Positions 43,747-54,919 are shown, counted from the stretch's first letter. The stretch: DNA of 64,000 nt from an uncultured delta proteobacterium (GCA_963847445.1 CAWJZV010000024.1:183671-247670), one strand, 5' to 3'. Notes: generated from the sequence alone by a model not told the origin. A program made the numbers and translations.

Positions 43747-43987
43747 GCCGGATTCCTCAGTTGAATTTGGCGTCGCTGAGCGCGGCGCAATGCTTTCGTC
43801 GCGGAGGCAATCGATCGTGCCCCTGAGCAAGCGATCAGCGGCGGAGCTTGGTGATGTTGCGCGCCATCATCGCGCCGGTCTGCCCAAGGTGAATAGAAGA
43901 ACTTGCAGCAGTACGCTTGGGGGCCTGCACAAATTCGGGATCGCCCCTCGCTCAGCGACCACGAAGCTTGACCTGCGCCATCCCGAG

Positions 43988-44591
43988 TCAAAACAGCGCC
44001 GCCTCTTCGCTGGTCATGGCCTGCGCGCCGGTTTGCAGCGCCGAGAAGGCAATGCGCGTGCGATCGCCGTTGGCTTCGTCGATGGCGATGTTCTTGACAT
44101 AGGCGGCGCCGTCCAGAGCGATGGCGCCGATGACTTTAGCCACGCCGGCATCGCGCGCTTTGAGCTTGACGCTCCAGGCGCCGTCGCTAACGCTGCCGTC
44201 GACATCGAAGTGCTTTTCCAACTGGCCAAGATCGCCGGCCAGCACGGAGAATAATAGGCTGTTGATGATCCGCACCGTCGGTTCCTGCTTGGCGTTGAGG
44301 CGCATGGCCAGCCGCTCGCCTTGCCATTGAACGATCTCGTCGCGGGTCAGCCGCAAGGTGTTGGCGAACGGTTGCAAGCTGCGCCACAGGACGCCCTTGT
44401 CGGCGACCACGCAGAAGCGGCCGTTGGAACGCAACGGATTTTTCAAACCGGCTAATTGCTTAGTCTGGTCGAAGCGGCCGCACAGAACTTTGGGCTGAGC
44501 CAAGATCGCTTGAATCTCCGCCACCGGCGCGGCGCCCAAAAGCCGGCCAGACCATCAGGCTCAAACAGATTGCCAGAGTTTTTCGTTTCAT
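43988..44591 (-). CDS. LolA-like lipoprotein carrier (ApeL-like), frameshift near start
   Basis: GRFDQTKQLAGLKNPLRSNGRF, GVLWRSLQPF, EANGDRTRIAF. Confidence 0.82.
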
Positions 44592-45016
44592 GGCGGCGTG
44601 ACACCGAGTTTTTCAAACAGCACCGGCGGCGAGACAAAGCACATTTCGCCGGTGGCGAGTTCCACCGCCACTTGGGTGGTGCTGGCCCGGCCGACTCTCC
44701 GGCCGGTGGCGCCGTCAGTCAATAGGTAAGCGATCTTCAAGCGGTTCTCCCATTCGACGATCTCGGCGCGCAGCTTGAGCCGCTCGGCAAACTTGGCCGG
44801 GGCGACGTAACGGACATGCAGATCGATCACCGGCCAGACATAGCCCGACGCTTTCATCTGCGGATAGTTGTAGTCGATCGAGGTAAGCAAGACGCTGCGG
44901 ACGATTTCGAGATAGTTGACGTAGTGGCCATGCCAAACGATTTCCATGGGATCGAGATGGTTGAACTGCACCTGGGTCTCGGTCTCGGCAAACCAGCGGC
45001 TGGGAGTTTTACTCAT
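44588..45016 (-). CDS. 4HBT-family thioesterase (ApeK-like)
   Basis: DPMEIVWHGHYVNYLE, WPVIDLHVRY, EWENRLKIAY. Confidence 0.88.
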   Translation of the reverse strand: MSKTPSRWFAETETQVQFNHLDPMEIVWHGHYVNYLEIVRSVLLTSIDYNYPQMKASGYVWPVIDLHVRYVAPAKFAERLKLRAEIVEWENRLKIAYLLTDGATGRRVGRASTTQVAVELATGEMCFVSPPVLFEKLGVTPP

Positions 45017-45052
45017 ACGTTCTTCGGGCTTTGTCTGGATGGAGAAAAGGGA

Positions 45053-45140
45053 TTTCACCACGAAGGACACGAAGGACACGAAGGTTTCGGAGACTTTGGT
45101 CGTCCGAAACTTCGTGTTCTTCGTGTCCTTCGTGGTGAAA
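45053..45140. repeat. CACGAAG-family palindromic element, copy 4
   Basis: TTTCACCACGAAGGACACGAAGGACACGAAG..TTCGG..CCGAAACTTCGTGTTCTTCGTGTCCTTCGTGGTGAAA. Confidence 0.9.
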
Positions 45141-45167
45141 ATATCTTCGCATTAAACCCGGAATAAC

Positions 45168-46724
45168 CTACTGATAAATCTTCCATGCCCGGCTGCGCAT
45201 CCGTTCGAGCAGCAGCCGCAGGTCCGGTTCCAAGCGGCGGTCCTCGTCGATCACAGCGATGTCGCCACTGAGCGCGTCGATCATGGCTTGGAGCGACGGG
45301 CTTGGCGCCAGAGCTGGATTCAATCGACAGCGCAACCAAACGGCCTGGCGCACCGTGATCAACAATCCAGCGGCCACCTGTTCGGTCAATTCCAACACCC
45401 GCGTGCAGTCGCGCGCCGCGATGGTGCCCATGCTGACCTTGTCCTGGTTGTGGCATTCGGTGGAGCGGGAAAACACCGACGCCGGCATAGTCAGCTTGAG
45501 CGCTTCCGCGGTCCACGCCGAGACGCTGATCTGCAACGCCTTGAGACCATGGTTGATCGCCGCGCGCGGGCCGGTGACGCCGGAGAGATTGGCCGGCAAG
45601 CCGTTGCTGTAGCGGCTGTCGACCAACAAGGCCATTTGCCGGTCGAGTAAATCGGCCAGGTTGGCCACGGCGTTTTTCATGCTGTCCATGGCGAAGGCGA
45701 TGTGGCCGCCGTAAAAATGGCCGCCATGCAACACCCGTTCGCTCGGCCGCATCGATGATCGGATTGTCGTTGGCGCTGTTCAGTTCGTTTTCAATGTACG
45801 AGCGCAGCCACGGCAGGGCATCGGCGAGCACGCCGATGACATGGGGCGCGCAGCGGATCGAATAGCGGTCCTGCAACCGTTTGCCGTTGGCGGCGGATAG
45901 TTGAACCGGTAAATCTTGGCGCAGCCAGCCAGCCACCGATTGTTGGCCGGGATGGGGTTTGACCGAAAACAGCGTCGCGTCGAAATGCTCGGCGTTACCG
46001 TCCAGGCGAAGGACGCCAGCGCGGTGATGCGGGTCGTCAGTCGGGTGAGATATTCGGCGCGCACATAGTTCAAGCAGGCCAGCGCGGTCATCACCGCCGT
46101 GCCGTTCATGATCGCCAGCGCTTCCTTCGGCCGCAAACGCAACGGCGTAATGCCAGCCTCGGATAATACCGCAGCCGCAGGGACGACCGCGCCGCCGCGC
46201 AACACTTCGCCTTCGCCGCACATGACCGCGGCGAGATAAGACAGCGGCGTCAAATCGCCGCTCGCGCCCACCGATCCTTCGCAAGGAATCGCCGGCACAA
46301 TATCGTGGCTGAGCAAATTAACCAGCTGCTCCAACAAGCCGACGCTGACGCCGGAAAATCCCTTGCACAGCGAGGTCAATCGCGCGGCGATCACCGCGCG
46401 GGTTTCGCTGGCGGTGAAATGCGCGCCCAGACCGCAACCGTGAAAGGTGTAGAGATGGCGCGGCAGCTCGGCGATCAGCGCCGGCTCGATCGCGACGGTG
46501 CAGGAATCGCCGAAGCCGGTGGTGACACCGTAAATCACGCCGTCTGCGGCGAGCCGGCGGTCGAGAAAATCGGCGCCGCGGGCGATCGCGGCGCGAAACT
46601 CCGGCGCCGCAGATAAACTCGCCGCCGCGGCTTTTTCAGCGATGGCGACGATCTCTTCGATGGTGCGCCAACCGGAGTCGAAGCACACCATGGGCGATGA
46701 AATTATAACTTTAGCGGGCTGCAT
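45168..46724 (-). CDS. MIO-dependent aromatic amino-acid ammonia-lyase (frameshifted)
   Basis: IYGVTTGFG, GSVGASGDL (ASG MIO), NGT, LQDRYSIRCAPH, NDNP, HNQDKVSMG. Confidence 0.92.
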
Positions 46725-47683
46725 GACTCGTCGTTCAGGGGACCTACTTGCCAAAAGTCATAAAAGTTAAACCATTGCAACGGCTCTTGCCGGCAGTAGG
46801 CCTCAAGCCGCGCGGCGTAGGCGGCAGCCAGGGCCTCGAGCGCAGCCGAGCGATCTTTGCGTGGCAAGCGGATCGACTGGCGGAATAACTCGACGTGAAT
46901 TTCCCAACCGTGGCGGCTGCGCAGTGAAAACAGCAGATAGACCGGACAGTGAAACAAGCTCGCCATCACGTATGGACCAACCGGAAATGGCGCCAGCGCG
47001 CCCAAGAAGCGCGCCCGCGCGACCCGCGGCTCGCGCGCCACCGGAATGCGGTCGCCGGCGATGGCGACGAATTCGCCTTGGTCGATTTTCTCCTGCAACA
47101 GCGCTGCGGTGGCGGGCGTCAGCTCGGTGACTTGCATGATGTTCAGTTGGCTATCGGGATTGACCTGGGCCAACAACTGGTTAAAACGCGTGGCGTGTTT
47201 GGTATGCAGCAGCACGGTCAATTTGAGACCGGGTTGACGCTTTGACATGACCCGGCAAAGTTCCAGATTGCCGAGATGGCAGCAGATAATCAGCCCGCCC
47301 CGCTTACCGGCGATTTGCGCGGCGATCGGCTCGTCGCCGTGAATCCCAACCGCGCCGGTGTCGAACAAACCGCACCATAGGAGCAATTTGTCGAGAATGC
47401 ATTCGCCGAAGGAAGCGAAATGACGCAGCACGCCGGTGACGCCGGTGCGGCCACCGCTGGTGCCGTCAAGCTCGCTGATGCGCCGGAGATAATCTTGCGA
47501 TGCCGCCCGCGCCCAAGGTTTGGCGATCGCGTACCAGAGCAACACCGGATAGAGCACGACGCGAAACGGCCAACGGCCGAGCGCCCGGCCGAGCCAAAAC
47601 AGCATGCGCATGCCGGCGACGAAACTAATTTCGTCGATCTGCGCCCAGTGCCGGCTCACGCCGGCTGCCTTCACCGCCGGCAT
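46703..47683 (-). CDS. LpxL-like acyltransferase (C-terminal ApeJ-like domain)
   Basis: HWAQIDE, HLGNLELCR, AGDRIP, PLQWFNFYDFW. Confidence 0.85.
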   Translation of the reverse strand: MPAVKAAGVSRHWAQIDEISFVAGMRMLFWLGRALGRWPFRVVLYPVLLWYAIAKPWARAASQDYLRRISELDGTSGGRTGVTGVLRHFASFGECILDKLLLWCGLFDTGAVGIHGDEPIAAQIAGKRGGLIICCHLGNLELCRVMSKRQPGLKLTVLLHTKHATRFNQLLAQVNPDSQLNIMQVTELTPATAALLQEKIDQGEFVAIAGDRIPVAREPRVARARFLGALAPFPVGPYVMASLFHCPVYLLFSLRSRHGWEIHVELFRQSIRLPRKDRSAALEALAAAYAARLEAYCRQEPLQWFNFYDFWQVGPLNDESCSPLKL

Positions 47684-48427
47684 TACCGCACGCTCCATTT
47701 GCGCGCAAGCAACGTTGGCAGACGTAGCAACATGCCGAAAAACAGCGTCGCGTGTAAACGCGAGATCAGTAAATTGTCCAAGCCGCCGCGAAAGTGCGAG
47801 ACGCCATCCTTGGGATAGCTCACCGCGGTCGGTACATTGATGATCTCGATGCCGGCCCAACAGAGCCGCACCAGCACTTCGATATCGAAGCTCATGCGCG
47901 CGCCGAGTTTGCGCTGACGGTCGAGTTCGAGCAGCGGCGCCAACGGGTAGACACGGAAGCCGCACATGGAGTCTTCGATGCGCCGCGACAAAGTGTTGAT
48001 CGATACCCAAGCATGGGTCAGATAGCGCGCCCACAGGCGCAGCCCAGGCACGCTATCATCAAAGCGCGGCGAACCGATCACCAGCGCCTGCGGATGGGCT
48101 TGCCGCCTGCGCGAGAAAGCGCGCGATGTCTTCAACCCGGTGCTGGCCGTCGGCATCGATCTGCAGCACGTGGGTAAAACCGACCTGCGCGGCGTGACGA
48201 ATGCCGGTGAGCACCGCGGCGCCCTTGCCGCGATTGGCCGGATGGCGCAGCAAAGTGACTTGACGCGGCGTCGCAGCAGCCAAGCCATCGAGCACCGCCG
48301 CGCACGCCGGTGCGCTGCCATCGTCGACGACGATACAAGCCAGTTGCTGCGCCAGCACGCCGCTGACCACCGCGGTCACCGCCGCTTGGTGATTGTAAAC
48401 CGGAATCACCGCGCAGGGCTTAATCAT
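47683..48427 (-). CDS. Glycosyltransferase family 2 (N-terminal ApeJ-like domain), frameshift ~48110
   Basis: VIPVYNH, VDDGS, NRGKGAA, QIDADGQH, DSMCGFRVYP. Confidence 0.9.
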
Positions 48428-50177
48428 CGGCGCCACCGAACAGCAGCCGGCCGCTGGCATGGGTGCCGAGCGCCGTGCTGATCTTGAATGTTAACGTGGC
48501 GCTCGCCGGTTGGTACACCAGTTCGAGCCTGAACGGCGTATCCGGCCCGATCAGGCGCTGAAATTTCAGCATCTGGATGGCGCGAAACTGCGGCGGCAAG
48601 GCGAAACAGCGCCGCCCGAAAGCGATCACCCAATCGACTTGCACGACACCGGCGAGAATCGGCTGACCGTGGAAATGGCCGTCAAAATAAATCAGATCGG
48701 CGGGCGCAACCAGCTCAAAGAGCGCGTGTTCGGCATCGCGCTCGAGCAAGCGCGAGCGCGGCTCGGTCCGAAGTACTGGCGGCGCCTCAAGCAGCGCGAG
48801 CAGATCGGCGTGGCTGGTCTTGCCTTGAGGCATTGACCGGCAATGCCTCGAGAAAGCGCCACAGGCGCGGCATGGCCACCGGGTCGATAGACTCATCGAG
48901 CAGGCGGCGCAGCAAGCGCGTGAAGCCGCGCCGGCCAAGCGCGCCGAGCTCTTCCCCGCCGCGCTCCGACGGCACGACGAAGGCGGCCACCCGTTGGCGC
49001 CGCCCATCGACGGCGATCGCGCGGGCAAGCTGCACCAGCGGCGAAGCCATCAGCAATTTTTCGATGGCGCTCAGGGAAATCCGCTTACCCTCGATCTTGG
49101 CGATTCGATCGATCCGGCCGCCGAGAAAAAATCTGCCGTCACCCGCTGCTCGCGCCCGGTCCGCGGTGCAAAACCAATCTTTGCTCGGCAGATGTTCCGA
49201 GCGTACCGCGAGAACTTCATCCGCGGAATCCTGTGCGCCATTTGCGTCAATCGCATCGAGGCGCCACTCCACCCCGGGCAGCGCCGTCCACGCTTGGTGC
49301 TCAGGGCGGTCCTGTTGGCGCCAGGCGATGCCGCCGGTTTCCGAGCTACCATAGACTTCGATCGGCACTCGCCCGAGCAAACGTTGGCACTCCTGGGCAG
49401 TCTCGAACGACAACGGCCCGCCAGACGAGAATACCGCGCGCAGTCGCTGCGCCGCCTTGGCCCAGCCAGGATTTTCCGGCAGGCGGCTAAGATGGGCCGG
49501 ACTGGAAATTAACACCGCGTCGCGCGCCGCCAAAGTGGCCGAGAGATCTTCGAACCATGAGAGGCTGCGTGCCTGAATCCGGCGCCCAGCGGCGAGCGGC
49601 CATAAAACGTTAAACAGCAGTCCGTAAATATGTTGATGCGACACCGTGGTGATGATATCCGCCGCGCCGAGCAATGCGCCAAATTGTTTTTCCAGATGCG
49701 CCACCTCCGCCGCCATCTGGCCGAGATTTTTGGCGATCGGCTGGGCCGCGCCGGTGCTGCCGGAAGTGTAAAGCACGAGACCGACAAAATCCGCGTCGAT
49801 GGCAGCGAAGCGAGTAGATCTATGATCCGGATTCCATAGCGGCGCCGCTTTGGGCTGCCACTGCGGCATCGAATTCGCCCAGGAAGCCCGCCACGTTGGC
49901 GCGCAGACCGGCGCAAGTGCCGGGCAAGTTGTCGCCCGGCAGAAAAACCGTCTTGCGCGCCAGCCAAGCGCCAAACAGCGCGGCGGCAAACTCGATGGCG
50001 TCATGATGCACCAGCGCAAACGCGTCACCCGCTGTTTCGCCGAGCAACCCAGACCAGGCAGCGACCCGGCCGTGGAACGCGTCCCAATCAACCGCCGCGC
50101 CGTTGCGCCAGCGCGATAACCTGGTCGGCTGAGCGGCTGGCATTGAGGGTACTAAGCAGATTGAGCGGATGAGCCAT
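48420..50177 (-). CDS. Acyl-CoA/ACP ligase fused to hotdog dehydratase (ApeH+ApeI-like), frameshifted
   Basis: YTSGSTG, HQHIYG, YGSSETGG, GRIDRIAKIEGKR, then FDGHFHGQPILAGVVQ. Confidence 0.87.
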
Positions 50178-50719
50178 GGCGGCGCTTGAAATAGCAGCGG
50201 GCGCAATATTCGCCGGCAAAGAGAAGTCCCATTAGAAAGTACGCCAGAAAGCCATTGTAGAATGACCACTGCGCCATGGAGGCAAATAGCGCGGTGTAGA
50301 GCGCGATGGCGCCGTTGAGCGCGAAAAATACGCACCACACCTGCGTGACTCGGCGCGTGTAAGCGACGGCGGCCGGCGGCAGCTCTGGTTCGTGCAGGCG
50401 CGCCAACCGTTCGATCGTCGACGGCGGCACGATCAGGCTGTAAGCAAATACCGTAAAGAATGCGCCGTTAACCAGCACCGGATAAAATCTTAGCGGCAAC
50501 AAAGCGCCGGACCAAAACGTCAAGATCGCCAGCAGAATCGTGCCCACCGGCCCAGTAGCGCGTCGCCCCGGTGGGCGCGGCAGCGGGCAAGCGCGCCATG
50601 CCCACCAGCAACAACAGCGCGGCCAGCCACGCCGGCGCCACCCGGCCTTCGCCGAGCCAGAGCGCCAATGGAAACAGCAGCGTAATCAGAATGGCCAATA
50701 CCCGTAGCGCGCTGCGCAT
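50152..50719 (-). CDS. Membrane protein (ApeG/COG4648-like), frameshift ~50545
   Basis: YPVLVN, IERLARL, YTRRVTQVW, WSFYNG. Confidence 0.85.
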
Positions 50720-50724
50720 GGGAC

Positions 50725-50988
50725 CTACGGCTCCAGCAGCTCGGCCAACGCGTCGACAACATCGCCAACCGTGCGCACTTTCTTAAACACCTCCGGTTGC
50801 AATCGTTTGCCGGTGAGCTGCTTCAACCGGACCGCGAGATCGACCGCATCGATACTATCGATGTCGAGGTCGTTGTAAAGATGCGCGTCCAGAGTAATTT
50901 TCGCTGCATCGAGCTCGAACATTTCGTGCAGCATACTGACCAGCCACGGATATATTTCTTCCTTCTGGACCGGAAGCGCCGAAGTCAT
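50725..50988 (-). CDS. Acyl carrier protein (ApeF-like)
   Basis: DLDIDSIDAVDL phosphopantetheine motif. Confidence 0.92.
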   Translation of the reverse strand: MTSALPVQKEEIYPWLVSMLHEMFELDAAKITLDAHLYNDLDIDSIDAVDLAVRLKQLTGKRLQPEVFKKVRTVGDVVDALAELLEP

Positions 50989-51269
50989 TGGCCCTGTACC
51001 TCGTTTTTCCGAACCGTTTCGATCATCTCGGCGAGGGCGCGCACCGACGCGAAGTGGCGGCGGTTTTCCTCCGCCTTGGCCGATAAGATAATGCCATAAC
51101 GTTTTTGCAGCGCCACGCCAAGCTCCAAGGCATCGATGGAGTCCAGCCCCAATCCTTCGACGAACAGCGGCGCCTGGGCGTCGATGTCCGCCGGCGCCAT
51201 GTCCTCGAGCTGGAGAACATCAATAATCAGTTGCTTGATATCTTCTTCAGTTACTCGCACGGTATCCAC
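50985..51269 (-). CDS. Acyl carrier protein (ApeE-like)
   Basis: GLGLDSIDALELG; start uncertain. Confidence 0.92.
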   Translation of the reverse strand: MDTVRVTEEDIKQLIIDVLQLEDMAPADIDAQAPLFVEGLGLDSIDALELGVALQKRYGIILSAKAEENRRHFASVRALAEMIETVRKNEVQGQ

Positions 51270-52017
51270 CTTCCTGAGCAAAAACCTGGCGCAGGTGCGC
51301 GGTCATCCGGCGCGCCGCGAGCGCTGCATTGGCGGCGCCCTCGACAAACGGACCGATGGCGACATCTTCCATCACGTCGAAGCGAAACTGCGAGGTTTGC
51401 GCCGGCAAGCGCCACCAGGGTTCGCTCTTGACCAACATCGGCGGCGCGCAGCGCACCACCACAGGCGTGATGTCGCAGGGCGCGCGCACGGCGATGTTCG
51501 CCGCGCCCCGTTTAAGACTGATCGAGCCGTCGGCCGGCGTGCGCGTGCCTTCCGGAAAAATAATCAGATTACCGCCGCCGCGCACCGCCGCGACGCAGTC
51601 GTCGATCAGATCAACGCTGTCGCCGCGGTTACAAATATAGCCCGCGGCGCTAACCGTCGCCCGGGTGAACGGGTTACGCCAAAGTCCTTCTTTCACGATA
51701 CAATCGGCCCGCGGCACAAACGCCATCAGGAAGACAATATCGATCAATGTGGGATGGTTGGCAAGGATCAGCAGCCCATGGCGGTCGAGCCGTGCCAAAC
51801 CACTGGCTTGATACTGGAAGACGCCGAAGGCACACATCGAATGAACGATGCCGAGGAAGGCAAGGCGGATCAGGTCGCGGGCCACGGCTTGGCGCCGTTG
51901 GCGCTGCCAAATGAAGAGATGAAGCAACGGAAAAATCACCAGCCCACCGATGCCGATGGCGATAAAGCTCAGGGCGACGCCGAACACCCGCCAGCACCAC
52001 TCGATACGCTTAAGCAT
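51247..52017 (-). CDS. PlsC-family acyltransferase (ApeD-like)
   Basis: ANHPTLID, IFPEGTRT. Confidence 0.92.
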   Translation of the reverse strand: MLKRIEWCWRVFGVALSFIAIGIGGLVIFPLLHLFIWQRQRRQAVARDLIRLAFLGIVHSMCAFGVFQYQASGLARLDRHGLLILANHPTLIDIVFLMAFVPRADCIVKEGLWRNPFTRATVSAAGYICNRGDSVDLIDDCVAAVRGGGNLIIFPEGTRTPADGSISLKRGAANIAVRAPCDITPVVVRCAPPMLVKSEPWWRLPAQTSQFRFDVMEDVAIGPFVEGAANAALAARRMTAHLRQVFAQEGGYRASN

Positions 52018-52750
52018 CCCAGGACCAGCGCCAGCGCCGTCGCTGGCAGATGCGATCCAGAGAACGATCTCGGCGCAAATAAAAGCGCAAGATCTCCAGA
52101 CCGGGAGAATAACGTTCGCTGCTCATGGCTTCATGGCCTTCTGCCTTAGACCAGGAAAGCGAAACGACATCGCTGCCCGGCGGTTGCATCAACCAGGCCC
52201 AGGCGAAGGGTTGTTCATGACAATCCTGATATGCCGCATAGAGCGCCGGCAGCGGCCGATCGTAGACCACCAGCAAGACCTCGGCGGCGCCATCGGCAAG
52301 CAGTCCGCAAGCCTCGATCGCCGCATGTTCCACGCTGCTGGAACCCGCGGCTAGGGCGCTGCTGCCGGCATGATCGCCGCGGGCGATCGAGAATAAGCCA
52401 CCGGTGGCATTATGCACCGACAATCCAAACATGGTCGGCGAAAGCGGTAGTTCCTTCGCCAAATCGATCAAGAGCTCCACCGACCGCGAAGCCTCGCCAT
52501 GACGCGAGCAAAAGATCGCCGGCACATCGCGGCGATCGCCAAGACATCGGTAAGCGACTTCGAGCGCCATGCGGTCGAGTACACCAGCGCGCCGGCGCAG
52601 CATCGGCGCCATCGCCCGCAGAGTCGGCTCGGCGTCGCCGCCAATCTCCCGTCGACCCGCTGCCCAGTCGCCCCAAGCCTCCGGAGTTTCAACCCCCGGC
52701 GCCCAGGCCGCATGCGCTGCGATCGAAAATCTAATCCCGCCGTTTGCCAA
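52010..52750 (-). CDS. Ketosynthase chain-length factor (ApeC-like)
   Basis: PMLRRR, SRHGE, LSPTMFGLSVHNA; truncated KS fold. Confidence 0.9.
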   Translation of the reverse strand: MANGGIRFSIAAHAAWAPGVETPEAWGDWAAGRREIGGDAEPTLRAMAPMLRRRAGVLDRMALEVAYRCLGDRRDVPAIFCSRHGEASRSVELLIDLAKELPLSPTMFGLSVHNATGGLFSIARGDHAGSSALAAGSSSVEHAAIEACGLLADGAAEVLLVVYDRPLPALYAAYQDCHEQPFAWAWLMQPPGSDVVSLSWSKAEGHEAMSSERYSPGLEILRFYLRRDRSLDRICQRRRWRWSWDA

Positions 52751-52774
52751 GTTCGTTAAATCCTAAAGCCGCGG

Positions 52775-53200
52775 CTACCCTTGGGCCTGGTGACCGCAAC
52801 GCGAAGAGACGTCGTTCATAGCGTCGCCGGGGTAATCGTTCATCGCATAGCGCTCCGGCTGCCCCGGCCAGCTTTCCATGGCGGCGCAAGATTTTCCCTT
52901 GGCGACTTCCCGCAGGTAAATATTGCGGTCGAGCAATGCATTAGCCTCATTGCCATCCGGATTTTTTAGTTCGAACAGCCCCGGCCAGACGAAAATTCCC
53001 AAAAGTAATTCGCGCCGATCATTCGCCCGGTTCGTGGTGATTTTATTCTGCGCCACTTCGGTGTTCGATTTGAACTCCACGGCGATCTGCTCGCAGGTCA
53101 GTGCACCATCACCGGCGTGCTTCATGGCGAGCAATTGCGGATCGCGCGCTTGGACGCATCCCCCGAGAACGACTAACGACAATGCCAAAAAAACTTTCAT
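52775..53200 (-). CDS. Hypothetical lipoprotein
   Basis: AGGAG RBS, MKVFLALSLVVLGGC lipobox, DGALTCEQI, C-terminal Cys. Confidence 0.68.
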   Translation of the reverse strand: MKVFLALSLVVLGGCVQARDPQLLAMKHAGDGALTCEQIAVEFKSNTEVAQNKITTNRANDRRELLLGIFVWPGLFELKNPDGNEANALLDRNIYLREVAKGKSCAAMESWPGQPERYAMNDYPGDAMNDVSSRCGHQAQG

Positions 53201-53437
53201 ATCAGCTCCTAGTGATTGTCCGAGGTTATTGTTTGCGTTTCGTCTGCGGCTCTGGCCCGGGACCGCCGTCACGATCCGCGTCACGACACCTGCTAAATTA
53301 TTGCCAATAATAGTTTGAACTCGCCTCAGTGGTACAACTGAGTTTCTTAAATAGTGTTCAATCCAACCCCGCCGTATGGCGACGCAATCCCGGCACCCGC
53401 ACAAGCGAGATAATTAGCAAACAGTTGGCTGACGATG

Positions 53438-54161
53438 CTATGCGGTCAAACTCACCGCGTCTCTGAACTTGAACGCTCCATTATAGAGTGCGCGGCCGAC
53501 CACGACACCTTCCACGCCATCTTTTTCCAACGGCAACAGCTTGCGAATATCGTCGAGCGTCGCGACGCCGCCCGAGGCGATGATCGGAATCTTCACGGCG
53601 CGGGCGATTTTCACCGTCTCATCTAGATTCACGCCATCGCGCGTGCCGTCGCGGCTGATGTCGGTGTAGATGATGCGCGAGGCGCCGTCCTGTTCGCAGC
53701 GTTGCGCCAGATCGACGGCGTCCATGGCGGTGGTTTCCTTCCAGCCTTTGACTGCGACCTTGCCGTGGCGCGCGTCGATGCCGACGACGATCTTGCCGGG
53801 AAACTTCTTGCACAAAGTCTGGAGCAACTCGGCGTTGTCGTAGGCGGCGGTGCCGATGACCACGCGCGACACACCCAAGTCGATCGCCGCTTGCACGGCG
53901 TCGACGGATCGCAGCCCGCCGCCCAGTTCCACCGACAGACCGGCGACGCCCGCAGATCGCGGCGACTTCTTTGGTGTGCACCGGCCGGCCTTCCACCGCG
54001 CCGTTCAAGTCGACGATGTGAAGAAAGGTCGCGCCCTCGGCTACCCAATGCCTGGCCGCGGCGACCGGATCTTCGAAGTAAACTGTCTCTTGATCCATGT
54101 CGCCCTGGAACAAGCGCACGCAGCGGCCGTCTTTCAAATCGATGGCGGGAATGATCAGCAT
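53438..54161 (-). CDS. hisA: ProFAR isomerase HisA (frameshift ~53945)
   Basis: [46 protein letters not shown]. Confidence 0.93.
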
Positions 54162-54170
54162 AATTTCAAG

Positions 54171-54253
54171 CAATGGAGAATGGATAATTGACAATGATGA
54201 TCGAAGTACTCTCCGTCCGATCATTCTCAATTCTCCATTTTTAATTTTCAATT
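54171..54253. repeat. Inverted AT-rich heptamer repeat array
   Basis: (AATGGAG/AATGGAT/AATTGAC)...(ATTCTCA/ATTCTCC/ATTTTTA/ATTTTCA) between hisH and hisA. Confidence 0.72.
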
Positions 54254-54866
54254 GTCGTTCGACGAACCGCCCGAAGTTGGCCAGAATGCGCAGCCCAAGC
54301 TCCTGACTCTTCTCAGGATGAAACTGGCAGGCGAACAGCCGTTCGGTGGCGATGCTCGAAACGAATGACTGGCCGTAATCGGTAGTCGTGGCGACGATCG
54401 TTGGATCTTGCGGCGCGACGTAAAACGAGTGGACGAAATAAACATAGTCGCCGGTCGAAAGGCCTTCGAGGAACGGCGAGTCCTGCTCCTTGGCGATGCG
54501 GTTCCAGCCCATGTGCGGCACTTTCAATTCTCCATTGGCGTGAAAACCAACCACCTTGCCGGGGAAAAGATCGAGCCCCTTCTGTTTGCCGAACTCCTCG
54601 CTCTCGGAGAACAACAATTGAAATCCCAGGCAAATCCCCAGAAACGGTTTTTGCTGGTGGACGATTTCACGGATCGTTTCGATGAGACCGAACTTGCCGA
54701 GATTCTCCATACAGGCGCTAAACGCGCCGACCCCCGGCAACACGACGCCGCGCGCCGATTGAATCTGGCCGACATCGCGGGTGACTAAAGCGTCGAAGCC
54801 GACCCGCTCCAGCCCTTTCTGCACGCTGCGCAGATTGCCCATCCCGTAATCGATAATCGCAATCAT
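54247..54866 (-). CDS. hisH: Imidazole glycerol phosphate synthase subunit HisH (3' end uncertain)
   Basis: [34 protein letters not shown]; reads in frame into hisA in this sequence. Confidence 0.93.
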
Positions 54867-54877
54867 ACTTTCTTAAA

Positions 54878-54912
54878 TTGGAACGATTGGAACCCCTGGA
54901 ACATTTGGAACC
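54878..54912. repeat. Tandem 9-mer repeat (TGGAAC core x4)
   Basis: TTGGAACGA TTGGAACCC CTGGAACAT TTGGAACC between hisB and hisH. Confidence 0.7.
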
Positions 54913-54919
54913 AGTCCGC

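Noticed and set aside
45053-45140. CACGAAG or heptamer repeats as CRISPR arrays
   Set aside because: Units are 7-9 nt in inverted arms with no unique spacers and no cas genes
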